From positions 31,776 to 95,775 of the forward strand of contig JBBRMD010000014.1 in assembly GCA_038231015.1 (NCBI GenBank): a stretch of DNA of 64,000 bases, given 5' to 3'. The position numbers were made by a program, and so were the translations under genes. How positions within the stretch are numbered: position 1 is the stretch's first letter; every line of letters starts with the position of its first letter. Origin of the DNA: Candidatus Obscuribacterales bacterium. Its GTDB lineage: Bacteria; Cyanobacteriota; Vampirovibrionia; Obscuribacterales; Obscuribacteraceae. This document shows, piece by piece, positions 54,803 to 64,000 of the stretch. Under the pieces are notes generated by a model. That model did not search any database. It was not told the DNA's origin and worked only from the letters and a program-made list of their open reading frames with translations.

Positions 54803-56170
54803 TTGAATTCAATAGCCAGATACCAATCGAATCGCAATGTCGCGGGTACACCAGTTACAGCGACTCCAGCAGCTAATGCCACTACAGCCTTAGCTGCAGA
54901 GAGCCAGGGTCTGAAAGCGAACGCAAGCGCGGTCATTGCTACGGTAGAAGTAGTTGGTTGCACCGGCGGTGTCACCAGCCCCAAAGGCTTTATGGCTGCT
55001 GGCGCTCACATTGGCGTCAAACGCAAGCGCAAAGATCTCTCATTGATCTGGAGTGATGTGCCAGCTCACCTGGCAGCTGCTTTTACTACAAATGTCATGA
55101 GAGCGGCACCGATTCTGTGGAATGAAAAGGTGGTGGCCACCGGTAAGCCTGTACGTGGAATCGTCATCAACAGCGGTAATGCTAATGCCTGCACTGGCGA
55201 GCTTGGCATTATAAATGCCGAAGCCATGGCCGCGACTTATGCCGAGAGCATGGGCGTTAGTAAAGAGGAAGTGATCATCGCTTCTACTGGAGTGATTGGC
55301 GTGCAACTGCCAATCCAGCTGATCAAGCAAGGCATCGTGAGCACCTGCCATGATTTGGCTGCGTCGCTAGAAGCAGGACTAAGTGCAGCTCAGGCGATCA
55401 TGACCACTGATACCTATGTCAAGCAAGCTTCAATAGTATTCGAAGTAGGCAGTAAGAAAGTCACCATCGGTGCCATGGCCAAGGGCAGCGGCATGATTCA
55501 TCCAAATATGGCTACCATGCTCAGTTTCCTTACAACTGATCTAAATATTTCTCCGGCACTTCTCAACAAGGCCCTGAAAGAAAGTACAGCCGAAACATAC
55601 AATATGATTAGTGTTGACGGTGATACCAGTACCAATGACATGGTCGCTATTCTAGCCAACGGCAAGGCTGGAAACACCCTTATCGACAGCGAAGACAAAG
55701 ATTATTTCGCCTTCTGTCAGGCACTCAAGGCCATTAATACAGACCTGGCGAAAGCAATTGTGCGAGACGGAGAAGGTGCCACTAAATTTCTAGAAGTGCA
55801 AGTCAAGCAGGCAGGCAGTATCGAAGAGGCACGCAAACTGGGCCGTTCTATTGTTTCTTCTAGCTTGGTCAAAACAGCCTTCTTTGGTGAAGACGCCAAC
55901 TGGGGCCGGATCATTTGCGCCATGGGCTATAGCGGCGTTACGTTCAAACCAGAAACTGTCTCAATTGCCATAGAAAGTTCGGCTGGCAGACTTGAACTGA
56001 TGCACGACGGTGAGCCGGCTGTCGTCAACGAGATTCTTGCCAAAGCTGTTTTGGCAGAGAAAGACATCACGATCCACATCAACATGAAAGAAGGCTTGAG
56101 TGAGGCAACCGCCTGGGGCTGCGACCTCAGCTATGAGTATGTGCGCATCAATGGCTCTTACAGAACGTAG
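54803..56170 (+). CDS. argJ: bifunctional glutamate N-acetyltransferase / amino-acid acetyltransferase (ornithine acetyltransferase)
   Basis: GGVTSPKGFMAAGAHIG and the autoprocessing-site context HPNMATMLSFLTTD. TTG start with GGGAGA 8 nt upstream. There is no other in-frame start before the conserved core, so the approximately 45-aa T/A-rich extension appears real. Confidence 0.9.
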   Translation: MNSIARYQSNRNVAGTPVTATPAANATTALAAESQGLKANASAVIATVEVVGCTGGVTSPKGFMAAGAHIGVKRKRKDLSLIWSDVPAHLAAAFTTNVMRAAPILWNEKVVATGKPVRGIVINSGNANACTGELGIINAEAMAATYAESMGVSKEEVIIASTGVIGVQLPIQLIKQGIVSTCHDLAASLEAGLSAAQAIMTTDTYVKQASIVFEVGSKKVTIGAMAKGSGMIHPNMATMLSFLTTDLNISPALLNKALKESTAETYNMISVDGDTSTNDMVAILANGKAGNTLIDSEDKDYFAFCQALKAINTDLAKAIVRDGEGATKFLEVQVKQAGSIEEARKLGRSIVSSSLVKTAFFGEDANWGRIICAMGYSGVTFKPETVSIAIESSAGRLELMHDGEPAVVNEILAKAVLAEKDITIHINMKEGLSEATAWGCDLSYEYVRINGSYRT

Positions 56171-56191
56171 GTTTTAGAAAAAAATATAGAT

Positions 56192-57091
56192 ATGAGTATA
56201 GATATGAAAACGTTAGCTCCAATCAATTTACAATCAATTCCGGTGGCGTCTTTTGATCTTTGCACGGCGAAAGAAACGCTTAAACAGATGGCCTATGAAG
56301 TGGTCGTGGTGAAATTTGGCGGCAAGGCCATTGGCAATGAATGTGTGCTAGATGCTCTTATTGATGAAGCCGTTTTGCTGATCAAGGCTGGCATAAATGT
56401 CATTGTCGTCCATGGCGGTGGCACGGCAGTCAATGATGCTTTGGCGTCTATCGGTAAAGAGACGAAAAAGATAGACGGACTACGAATAACTGATGATGAG
56501 ACTCTCTCAATTGCAGTGAAAGTATTCAGTGAGATAAACAACATGCTCACTGAAAAATTTCGGCAAAGAGGTGTGAGCGCCCTAAGCTTTTGCTCGCAGT
56601 CGGCTATACCTTTTCAGACTGAAAAAATGTCGGCAGAGCTTGGCTGGGTCGGTGACATAGTTGAAGTTCGCTCTAAAAGTATTGACAGCTGGATGTGGGC
56701 GGGCTGGACGCCTATAGTCTCACCGCTCGGCATTGACAGTAGTGGCCAGTTTTACAACATCAACGCCGATCATGCCGCCCTCGCTCTGGCGACTAGTCTG
56801 GAGGCCGATGGCCTGATTTTCATGACTGACGTACCTGGTGTGCTCAAAGACTTCAATGTGCCACAGTCAAGGATAGGACATGTTACAGCTTCTAGCGCCC
56901 AAGAGCTGATTGAGGATGGTACCGTCAGTGGCGGCATGTTGCCTAAGATCAAAAGTTGCGTCAGAGCCATCAAGAGCGGCATTAGACGCATCGCCATAAT
57001 TAATAGCTTTGCACCGAATGCTCTTGTCAGAGGCTTGTTAGCGCCGCAAGAGACAGGCACACTTATAACTGGAGATAGATATGACCACTAG
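56192..57091 (+). CDS. argB: acetylglutamate kinase
   Basis: VVVKFGGKA, VVHGGG, GLRITD, NINADHAA: the amino-acid kinase family in ArgB order. Confidence 0.85.
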   Translation: MSIDMKTLAPINLQSIPVASFDLCTAKETLKQMAYEVVVVKFGGKAIGNECVLDALIDEAVLLIKAGINVIVVHGGGTAVNDALASIGKETKKIDGLRITDDETLSIAVKVFSEINNMLTEKFRQRGVSALSFCSQSAIPFQTEKMSAELGWVGDIVEVRSKSIDSWMWAGWTPIVSPLGIDSSGQFYNINADHAALALATSLEADGLIFMTDVPGVLKDFNVPQSRIGHVTASSAQELIEDGTVSGGMLPKIKSCVRAIKSGIRRIAIINSFAPNALVRGLLAPQETGTLITGDRYDH

Positions 57092-58367
57092 TGCATGCAA
57101 CGAATCTGTTTCGTCAATTTTAAGTTCAAGCTCAACTTCAAGCTCAACTTCAGGTTCAAGTTCAAGTTTAAGTTTAAGTTCAAAGCAAAACCACTGGGTT
57201 GAGCGCGGCAAGAAAGTGTTGATGCAAACTTACGCCACCCAGCCCATGGTTCTCACGGAGGGCCAGGGAAGCTATATTGAAGATGTCGACGGTAGGCGTT
57301 ATCTCGATTTTGCCTCGGGCATCGCTGTCAGTTCGCTTGGTCACTGTCACCCGGCCTATGTTGAAGCTTTGACTAAGCAGCTAAGTAAACTAAGCCACTG
57401 CTCCAATCTCTATTACAACCAGCCGGCCATTGAGCTAGCCGAGAAGCTTGTGGTCGATAGTGCTTTTGACCGGGCCTTCTTTTGCAACAGCGGTGCTGAG
57501 GCTGTGGAGGGCGCTCTTAAACTCAGTCGCAAGTACGCCAAGAAGCACAAAGGCGAACACTGCACGACAATTCTCAGCATGAGTAATTCATTTCATGGTC
57601 GCACCTATGGTGCGCTGTCAGCTACGGCTCAAACCAAGTATCATGAAGGTTTCCATCCGCTAGTACCCGATATTGCTGTGGTGGAGTTCAACAATATTGC
57701 ATCGATTTTGGCGCATGATTTGGCTACTGTTGCTGCCATAATCGTCGAGCCGGTGCAGGGCGAAGGTGGAGTGCATTTAGCCGATGGCAGTTTTCTCAGA
57801 GAAGTGAGAGCGCTTTGTGACGAGCACAAGATTGTTTTGATATTTGACGAAATACAGTGTGGTGTCGGTCGCAGTGGCAGCTTTTTTGCCAGTGATAATT
57901 TTGTCGCTCCAGACGTCGTAGCGCTAGCTAAGGGTCTCGGTGGCGGCTTCCCCATCGGCGCTATTCTGGCAAAAGAAAGCATAGCTAGTGCTTTCAATCC
58001 GGGAGATCATGGTTCGACTTTTGGTGGCAATCCGCTGGCCGCATCGGCAGCTTTGGCATGCGTCAATGTTATTCGCGATCAACAGTTTCTAGCATCAGTT
58101 AAAAAGCACAGTGAAATCTTGGTTGGCGCTTTAAGTGTTCTCAAGGCTAATTATTCATCTATAAAAGCAATTCGTGGACTGGGTCTGATGCTGGGTATTG
58201 AGTTTGATATTCCTGTTAAACCAGTTATTCAGAAATGCGCAGCAGAAGGGCTTTTGTTAGTTGGTGCCGGAGAAAATGTCATAAGGCTTCTACCGCCGTT
58301 GACAGTAAGCTATGATGAGATCACTGAGGCAATTGACATATTGGCGATTGTTCTCGCGTCGCAGTAG
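57081..58367 (+). CDS. argD: acetylornithine aminotransferase (class III PLP aminotransferase)
   Basis: YLDFASGIAVSSLGHCHP, FFCNSGAEAVEGALK, DEIQCGVGRSGSFFA, and ALAKGLGGGFP (PLP Lys). ATG 57081 has GGAGA upstream and overlaps the argB end. It has a Ser-rich N-terminal extension. Confidence 0.9.
   Translation: MTTSACNESVSSILSSSSTSSSTSGSSSSLSLSSKQNHWVERGKKVLMQTYATQPMVLTEGQGSYIEDVDGRRYLDFASGIAVSSLGHCHPAYVEALTKQLSKLSHCSNLYYNQPAIELAEKLVVDSAFDRAFFCNSGAEAVEGALKLSRKYAKKHKGEHCTTILSMSNSFHGRTYGALSATAQTKYHEGFHPLVPDIAVVEFNNIASILAHDLATVAAIIVEPVQGEGGVHLADGSFLREVRALCDEHKIVLIFDEIQCGVGRSGSFFASDNFVAPDVVALAKGLGGGFPIGAILAKESIASAFNPGDHGSTFGGNPLAASAALACVNVIRDQQFLASVKKHSEILVGALSVLKANYSSIKAIRGLGLMLGIEFDIPVKPVIQKCAAEGLLLVGAGENVIRLLPPLTVSYDEITEAIDILAIVLASQ
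57105..57182 (+). repeat. coding Ser-codon microsatellite (TCAAGCTCAACT x2, TCAAGT/TTAAGT units) at the argD 5' end
   Basis: The DNA reads ...agttcaagctcaacttcaagctcaacttcaggttcaagttcaagtttaagtttaagttca. It translates to SVSSILSSSSTSSSTSGSSSSLSLSS. Confidence 0.75.
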
Positions 58368-58396
58368 GTTAGAAGGAGCACAGCAAGGAGCAACTT

Positions 58397-58885
58397 ATGA
58401 TTTCCGCCCGTTTGCTTGGAGTTTTTGTCAACTTATTGATTGCTATGACTCCAACTTTGCTGGCGCCTCCTAGAGTCAGCGCTCACTCACCCCTGCACTC
58501 GCTGATTGCTGACTATGTTCCTTGGGGTGTAGATGAAGACGAGCTTATAGGATTGACCAAGGCCGAGATTGCCAATAAATTCAAAGATACATTGGGCTTT
58601 GACCAAGTAGAATCTAGAGTTTTTTTCGTCGACTATAATCGTCCAGGCTTCGGCCGCCCAGGTTTTGTTGTCACCTTCGCCGACGGCAAAATAGTAGCAA
58701 TCAAACGTCTTTTCATCGACGGTGGTGGTTGCAGAATTGTCGGACCCATTTTCAAAACCAAGAAAGATGCCTTGAACTTCGTCATTGGGAGTTTGTCAAA
58801 GCAAGCCGAGCGCAGCCCTAAAGACGAAGGTCGATTGAAAGACGCCCGCAAGCGATTGGCCAACTTAGATAGCACCGCCAAGTAG
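58397..58885 (+). CDS. exported hypothetical protein (162 aa)
   Basis: Signal peptide (LLGVFVNLLIAMTPTLLAPPRVSA) and AAGGAGCA upstream. No domain recognised. Confidence 0.45.
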   Translation: MISARLLGVFVNLLIAMTPTLLAPPRVSAHSPLHSLIADYVPWGVDEDELIGLTKAEIANKFKDTLGFDQVESRVFFVDYNRPGFGRPGFVVTFADGKIVAIKRLFIDGGGCRIVGPIFKTKKDALNFVIGSLSKQAERSPKDEGRLKDARKRLANLDSTAK

Positions 58886-58955
58886 CTTTAGATCTGTCTG
58901 AAATGTTGCTGCGGACACTTTATTAGTGCTTAAACGGCATTAGTGCTCTGACTGC

Positions 58956-60134
58956 TTAGGTGCGCCAGCGCAAGACTTTCTCTTTAATAGGATTGACGAA
59001 GGCCCGACCTTGCTCGTAAGCATCGTTCCACTCTTTTTTCACCATGAAGTACCAGTGACCAGGTGTACCGGCATCTTTGATGGTCATGATTAGGCGCGGA
59101 TTGTACTTTTTGATGATTTGTTCTTGCATCAAGGCCAAGGTTTGGTCTTGCATCAAAAAGGCCGTGACGAAGTAATCAACGATGGGCGAAAACATCTGCG
59201 TTAGAGGCGGCGCCCAAGTCCAATAGGTGGTGTGGTTGAGCTCAGTGTGAGTGTCATCTACCGGAGTCAGAGTGGTGATTCCGGACATTTTGGTTTGGTC
59301 ATGGTAGGTAAAATATTCGCGGCGACAACCGGGCAAGCGGAAGCTAATTTCTGTTTCGATGTATTTGCCAATTAGCTTAAACAGAAGCGAGCCTTGGGAA
59401 GGTTTGTGCTTGACCATGGTCCAACCGGTGCCAGAAGGAATATAAGTTTTGGCTTTCTCTTTCAGCACTTTCTGTGAACGCCACCACCAGGCATTGTGAA
59501 CGAAAGGCACATGGGCTGTGTCTATTAGCGCTGCTACGGCATAATCGATATGAGTTGGTAGCAGCAAAGTTGTGGTTGTCTTGGCATAAGTGCAACCCTC
59601 TAAAGCTGGCGCATGAGGTACTTCTGGCAGATCGGCTTCGGCAACTGCCTTGTCGCCAAAGTAAATCCAAACACTATCTAGTACTTCGCGGCAATGGTAA
59701 GTGCGGCTCTTGATGCCACACAAATTGATATTTTGATCTGAACAAAGCGAGGGAATTGCTGTGCAAACACCGCTGGTATCAAAGCGCCAACCGTGAAAGG
59801 GGCATTCTACTTCTTTGCCATCAAAGTGCCCGGCTGAAAGCGGAACAGCTTGGTGCGGGCAGATATCGCGCATAGCAAAGACTTTGCCATCGCTATCTCT
59901 GCCAACCAGAATTGGCTCATTGAGCATAACTTTGGCGAGTTTGTCACCGCGCTTCAAGGCTCCAGAATGAGTAGCGAAATACCACATGTTTTTAGTGAAA
60001 GTCTTACCGTAAGGAGAGACATAGCCGTCGGGTGTTTCGCTAGAGTAAGCATTGTCAGAGTAAGTTTCTGCGCTGACCGAAGTACTTGCTTCGATGGCAG
60101 CTGCCTTACCTTGTCGTTCTGTTTCAGTGAGCAT
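58956..60134 (-). CDS. Rieske [2Fe-2S] domain oxygenase (possibly PAO/Tic55-like family)
   Basis: Rieske motif CPHQAVPLSAGHF...CPFHGWRF, followed by a catalytic domain of about 250 aa. Confidence 0.8.
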   Translation of the reverse strand: MLTETERQGKAAAIEASTSVSAETYSDNAYSSETPDGYVSPYGKTFTKNMWYFATHSGALKRGDKLAKVMLNEPILVGRDSDGKVFAMRDICPHQAVPLSAGHFDGKEVECPFHGWRFDTSGVCTAIPSLCSDQNINLCGIKSRTYHCREVLDSVWIYFGDKAVAEADLPEVPHAPALEGCTYAKTTTTLLLPTHIDYAVAALIDTAHVPFVHNAWWWRSQKVLKEKAKTYIPSGTGWTMVKHKPSQGSLLFKLIGKYIETEISFRLPGCRREYFTYHDQTKMSGITTLTPVDDTHTELNHTTYWTWAPPLTQMFSPIVDYFVTAFLMQDQTLALMQEQIIKKYNPRLIMTIKDAGTPGHWYFMVKKEWNDAYEQGRAFVNPIKEKVLRWRT

Positions 60135-60221
60135 TTATAGCCATACCAAGATCTAACCTGAAACAAGCTTACAATGGAAGGGCTCAAAGATATCAAGTAC
60201 AGCTAATAATTTTCGTTCACT

Positions 60222-60587
60222 TTAGTGTTCGAGGGTCACGCCTAGGTAATCTTGGCGTTTAAAGTCGAGCCATTTAGAAAATGTTTTGTAACCGGGCTTC
60301 TTTATTTCTAGCAAGTGAGAACCATTGCTCAGGTGGCACCAAAAGGCGCCTCCGCTCAAGCCCGAATTGTTTGCTGACGAGATTTTACCCAGGTGGTTAC
60401 CGTCAACATAGACTATGCCGCCCACTGATTCTGAATCGCCATTAAGAAAGAGGTTCGAATTGCACTGGCCACTGGTTCTAGTTTCAGCAAATATCAGAGC
60501 TAAGACAACAGCAGCTACGATTAACCACAACTTTGGCGCTTGCGAGCGCTTCGGTAAATATTGCTCAGCAGCAGCCATAGTGGTCAC
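60222..60587 (-). CDS. membrane-anchored PEGA-like domain protein (tentative)
   Basis: TM (LWLIVAAVVLALIFA), then VYVDGNHLGK...GSHLLEIKKPGYKTF, which resembles a PEGA domain. There is a 4-nt overlap with the PBP1A stop. Confidence 0.45.
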   Translation of the reverse strand: MTTMAAAEQYLPKRSQAPKLWLIVAAVVLALIFAETRTSGQCNSNLFLNGDSESVGGIVYVDGNHLGKISSANNSGLSGGAFWCHLSNGSHLLEIKKPGYKTFSKWLDFKRQDYLGVTLEH

Positions 60588-62860
60588 CTAGGGGAGCCTT
60601 CTTTAGGTGCGACAGGCATCCATAGAGTAGGCGCGGCATAAGGCAAGAGGCGCTTCTCTGATTCAGGTTTTTCTTTTACTGGTTCAGGGGCGACAGCTGG
60701 TTCAGCAGTTGAATTGCCAATCGCTGGGGCTAAAGCTGGAGTGCTGCCTGCAGGGGCACTTGAAGCTGTGGGGCTGCTTGTTTGAGCCGCTTCGTTGGTA
60801 TTCGCCCCAGGTGTTGGAGCGCTGCCCTCACTGGCTGGAGTGAGTGGCTGAGCCTCAGCTTTTAGTTCTGTACTGTTGTCTACGGGCGTAGCGCTGCTTT
60901 CATCTTTAGTGGCATTAGTGTCTGGATTTTTAGCGAGTTGGTCGCCACCTTTTTTCTCGTCAGGAACAAACTGGGTTGGAGCCATGAAACTACCAGGAGC
61001 CGTTGGTCGAGCTTTGTAGAATGCTTCATTGTAATCATGCCAAATTTTGGCCATGATTACGCCACCAGTGACGTTCTTGCCTTCAATCGCTTTGTTTTCA
61101 TCGTTGCCACCCCAGACGGCGGTCACCATATCTGGTGTGAAGCCAATGAACCAAATGTCTTTGCCTTCATCGGCAGTGCCAGTTTTTCCCGCTACCGGTC
61201 GATCGGCCAATTTGGCCTGGGTACCGGTTCCCCAGCGCACGCAGTCTTGCATACATTCAACTAGGCGAGCGACTGGTTCAACCTGGAAAGCGCGATCTGC
61301 CCTTGGATCAAATACTTCGATTACCTGGCCGCGATTGTTCTCAATTTTGCGAATAACTTGAGGCTTGATAGCAATACCAAATCTGGCAAAAGTTGAATAA
61401 GCACCAGCCATTTCTAAAGGGGAAGCCGCTGAGCTTCCGAGTGCTAGAGATAAATTGGGGTCAAGCTTGGCTGTAACACCAGCTAATCGAGCCGTTTCAA
61501 TAACGCTTTCCATGCCTACTTGCTGGCCGACCTTAACTGCCGGTACGTTACGTGATAATGCCAAGGCGCGACGTATCTGAATGCGACCATAGAATTTGTG
61601 GTCAAAGTTTTTCGGGGCGTATGGGGCCTGACCCCATGGTGATTTGATAACTAAAGGGCTGTCATCAATAATGCTGTCTGGGCCGAGGACGTTTTTGCAG
61701 AAGGCTGTTAAATAGACAAAGGGTTTGAATGAAGAGCCCACTGTGTGTGGGTTAGTGGCCCGGTTGAACTGGTTCTTCCAGAAATTGCCCACCCCACCAA
61801 CTAGAGCAACAACTTCTCCGCCACTAACGGAGACAGATACTAAAGCACCTTGGGTGACACCTTTGGGCGCTTTCTTGATGCCTTCGTTGAGTGATTTTTC
61901 AGCTAACTCTTGGGCTACTGGGTCGAGGTTTGTATAGACGCGCAAGCCCTGTCTGCGCATTTCAGCTTGACTGAAACGCTCGCGTAAAACTTGCAAAACA
62001 TAACTTATGTAGTAAGGATACTTTTGCATAGAATTGGTGCCTTTTTTAAAGGCGAGCTGTTGGCCTTTGGCTTCTTTGGCCTGAGCCTCAGTTATGTAGC
62101 CATATTCGACCATCTTGTCGATGATTTCTTTTTGTCTGCTGTAGGCCGAAGCTCTATTTTGCGGTAAACCTAATTCAGAAGGGGCTTTTACTAGGCCGGC
62201 CAGAAAAGCCGCTTGGGCTAGAGACAGTTGAGCGGCACTGCGATCAAAGTAGCGTGAAGCGGCTCTCTCGATGCCGTAGGCATTGTTGCCAAAATAGACT
62301 TGGTTGAGGTACATGTTGAGAATGCGCTCTTTGCTGTAGCGTCTCTCTAAGTCCCAGGCGACATAGGCTTCTTTAATTTTGCGGTCATAGGTACGTCCAG
62401 CGTCAGCAAAGAACAAGTTTTTTGCTAGCTGTTGCGTAATAGTGGAGCCACCTTCTTTTACGTGACCTGCCACCATGTTCGCCAATGAGGCGCGGAAGAT
62501 ACTAAAGAAGTTGATGCCGTTGTGTTCGTAGAAGTGGTGATCTTCAGCCGCCAGAATGGCTTGCTGCATTTTTGTTGAGATCTGATTGAGTGGAACTACT
62601 CTTCTATCTTCATCACCTTCAACGGTACAGATAAGGTGATCTTGTTTGTCCAAAATCTGAATCGCTTCGATGGGCTCAAAGCGCTCGACCATAGTAACGT
62701 CAGGAAGTTCTTGAATTTGCTTCCACATTGAAGCACCGAGGTAGCCGAAGCCGAGGGCACCGACTATCAAGCCGATAGTGATAGAGCGCCGGGCAAAGGT
62801 GCCGGCGTTCGCTAGAACCCCTTTGTTTTTGCGTCTGGCTACAGATCTTCGATTGGCCAC
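60584..62860 (-). CDS. penicillin-binding protein 1A (GT51 transglycosylase + transpeptidase), low-complexity C-tail
   Basis: AAEDHHFYEHNGI, GGSTITQQLAKN, RKIKEA...YLNQVYFG, SSFKPFVY (SxxK), SRN, KTGT. A/P/S/T-rich C-terminus. Confidence 0.9.
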   Translation of the reverse strand: MANRRSVARRKNKGVLANAGTFARRSITIGLIVGALGFGYLGASMWKQIQELPDVTMVERFEPIEAIQILDKQDHLICTVEGDEDRRVVPLNQISTKMQQAILAAEDHHFYEHNGINFFSIFRASLANMVAGHVKEGGSTITQQLAKNLFFADAGRTYDRKIKEAYVAWDLERRYSKERILNMYLNQVYFGNNAYGIERAASRYFDRSAAQLSLAQAAFLAGLVKAPSELGLPQNRASAYSRQKEIIDKMVEYGYITEAQAKEAKGQQLAFKKGTNSMQKYPYYISYVLQVLRERFSQAEMRRQGLRVYTNLDPVAQELAEKSLNEGIKKAPKGVTQGALVSVSVSGGEVVALVGGVGNFWKNQFNRATNPHTVGSSFKPFVYLTAFCKNVLGPDSIIDDSPLVIKSPWGQAPYAPKNFDHKFYGRIQIRRALALSRNVPAVKVGQQVGMESVIETARLAGVTAKLDPNLSLALGSSAASPLEMAGAYSTFARFGIAIKPQVIRKIENNRGQVIEVFDPRADRAFQVEPVARLVECMQDCVRWGTGTQAKLADRPVAGKTGTADEGKDIWFIGFTPDMVTAVWGGNDENKAIEGKNVTGGVIMAKIWHDYNEAFYKARPTAPGSFMAPTQFVPDEKKGGDQLAKNPDTNATKDESSATPVDNSTELKAEAQPLTPASEGSAPTPGANTNEAAQTSSPTASSAPAGSTPALAPAIGNSTAEPAVAPEPVKEKPESEKRLLPYAAPTLWMPVAPKEGSPR

Positions 62861-63063
62861 GCTTTACTTTCTCGATTTTCGATATTCAACAGTAAGCCGT
62901 TTGATGCTACACGACATTATATATACTAAGGTGCCGGCGTGCTTCCTCCGTCAAATTCACGTAAAGAAAAGAGAGCGGTTTTAGCGCCCTCTCCTCTTAC
63001 TATCGTTGTTTTGACTCTCATTAAGTAACGTTTAGCTATATGCTGTCTTACTCAAGCGTTTGT

Positions 63064-64000
63064 TTAGGCTCTTGGGTGAGTGTTCATATAGACCCGTCTC
63101 AAGCGGTCCAAACTTACATGGGTGTAAATTTGGGTGGTGTTGATAGTGGTGTGACCTAATAGATCTTGTACTACACGCAAATCGGCTCCACCTTCGAGTA
63201 GGTGAGTCGCAAACGTATGTCTCAAGGTGTGAGGGGTGATTGGTTTGTTGATACCAGCCTTGAGGGCATACTTCATGACGATACGGTGGACAGATCTTGA
63301 CGACAGGCGAGTTGCTTGGCGGCTAACAAAGAGAGGATGTTCGGCTTGTGGTGTGCGACCTTCAGCCAACTTAGTCCAGGTTTCGCTGAGATATTTCTTC
63401 AGCCAGTTGTGAGCGCTTTGATTGAGCAATACAACTCTTTCTTTGCCGCCCTTACCGAGAACCCGCATTTCCATGCCTTCTTGGTTATAGTCTTGCACTC
63501 TGAGGCCGCATAGTTCGCTGACGCGCATGCCGGTAGCGTAAAGAACTTCCATTAAGGCACGGTCACGAGCACCTAATACAGAGTTGGTATCAGGTGACAT
63601 AAGTAAGCGCACGATTTCTTCTTTATCTAAACAGGCGGGCAGTCTACGAGTGAGTTTAGGCCCACGTACTTGCTTTGATGGATCTTCGTCGATCAGTTGC
63701 TCTCTTCTCAAGTAGCGATAGAAAGATCTGATTGCTGAGATTTTACGAGCAACAGTTGGTCTTGAATATTGTTCTTGAATTTGTCTGATGTAAGCGCGCA
63801 GACCTTCAGCTTCTAACCAACCAGAAGTTGAGCCAGAAGCAGTTGCAGAGCTAGTTCCAGAAACAGTCCCAGAACTATTTGTTGAAGCTGATGCAGTTTG
63901 CTCTGTTAAAGGAGCGGTTGGCATCGAGCCACTACCGGTAGTTGTGTTAACTGTTGATTCAACTGACGTATGTCCGTTGTAAGAATTCTGTTGGGCAACA
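63064..64000 (-). CDS. XerC/XerD-type tyrosine recombinase, N-terminus beyond window edge; S/T/G-rich insertion in the N-terminal domain
   Basis: C-terminal catalytic blocks ATGMRVSEL, HTLRHTFATHLL, LLGHTTINTTQIYTHV. The frame stays open from the ATG at 63924 to nt 64000 (...VAQQNSYNGHTSVESTVNTTTGSGS-MPTAPL...), and only the last helix of the core-binding domain is present after 63924. The true start is therefore probably upstream of the window. Confidence 0.85.
   Translation of the reverse strand, partial: VAQQNSYNGHTSVESTVNTTTGSGSMPTAPLTEQTASASTNSSGTVSGTSSATASGSTSGWLEAEGLRAYIRQIQEQYSRPTVARKISAIRSFYRYLRREQLIDEDPSKQVRGPKLTRRLPACLDKEEIVRLLMSPDTNSVLGARDRALMEVLYATGMRVSELCGLRVQDYNQEGMEMRVLGKGGKERVVLLNQSAHNWLKKYLSETWTKLAEGRTPQAEHPLFVSRQATRLSSRSVHRIVMKYALKAGINKPITPHTLRHTFATHLLEGGADLRVVQDLLGHTTINTTQIYTHVSLDRLRRVYMNTHPRA

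Noticed and set aside
54803-54812. The palindrome TTGAATTCAA at the argJ start, considered as an ArgR ARG box.
   Set aside because: ARG boxes are 18-bp imperfect palindromes with TGAAT and ATTCA arms separated by an A/T spacer, usually in tandem pairs. This is a single 10-bp palindrome with no spacer that contains an EcoRI site. The evidence is insufficient.
54718-54984. An 88-aa minus-strand ORF across the argJ leader terminator and the argJ 5' end.
   Set aside because: It overlaps argJ and the terminator hairpin and has no SD or domain, so it is probably spurious.

Overview
This is a gene-dense bacterial chromosomal window with about 50 protein-coding genes on both strands and one tRNA-Pro(UGG). 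I saw no rRNA, CRISPR array, transposase or IS element. The only recombinase is a Xer-type tyrosine recombinase gene that runs off the right edge. Confidently recognisable genes include a 5'-truncated penicillin/AHL-acylase family gene, SpoIID/LytB, an OmpR-type response regulator, a TPR-CHAT protein, a histidine phosphatase with a class II aldolase, and a stand-alone HD (p)ppGpp-hydrolase-like gene. Others are a TolC-like OMP, patatin, a Sel1 protein, a VWA protein, a FemAB-like gene, an exported TldD/PmbA pair, GNAT, cstA, a NupC-type transporter, argC-argJ-argB-argD, a Rieske oxygenase and PBP1A. The strongest observation is a duplicated regulatory architecture in the arg cluster. Both argC and argJ are preceded by a sigma70-like promoter, a short ORF carrying the identical Arg-codon triplet CGA-CGC-CGC, and a perfect 8-bp hairpin with a T8-9 terminator. 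Upstream of argC there is also a long mutually exclusive antiterminator pairing. This looks like leader-peptide transcription attenuation responding to arginine, which is not the classical ArgR mode of arg regulation. Other notable features: (1) four tandem paralogous Ser/Thr kinases with a receptor topology of kinase, TM and extracytoplasmic LRR; (2) a membrane-anchored protein built of about 20 proline-punctuated heptads; (3) a spermidine-synthase-like protein with an exported G/W/R/H-rich RGD-repeat segment, translationally abutted to a FemAB-like gene; (4) three separate tandem duplications that each span a stop codon; (5) Ser/Thr-rich N-terminal extensions on Arg enzymes. The taxon cannot be assigned from the sequence alone. 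The repertoire (eukaryote-like kinases, TPR/Sel1/CHAT, many exported low-complexity proteins, frequent TTG/GTG starts) suggests a large-genome environmental bacterium.
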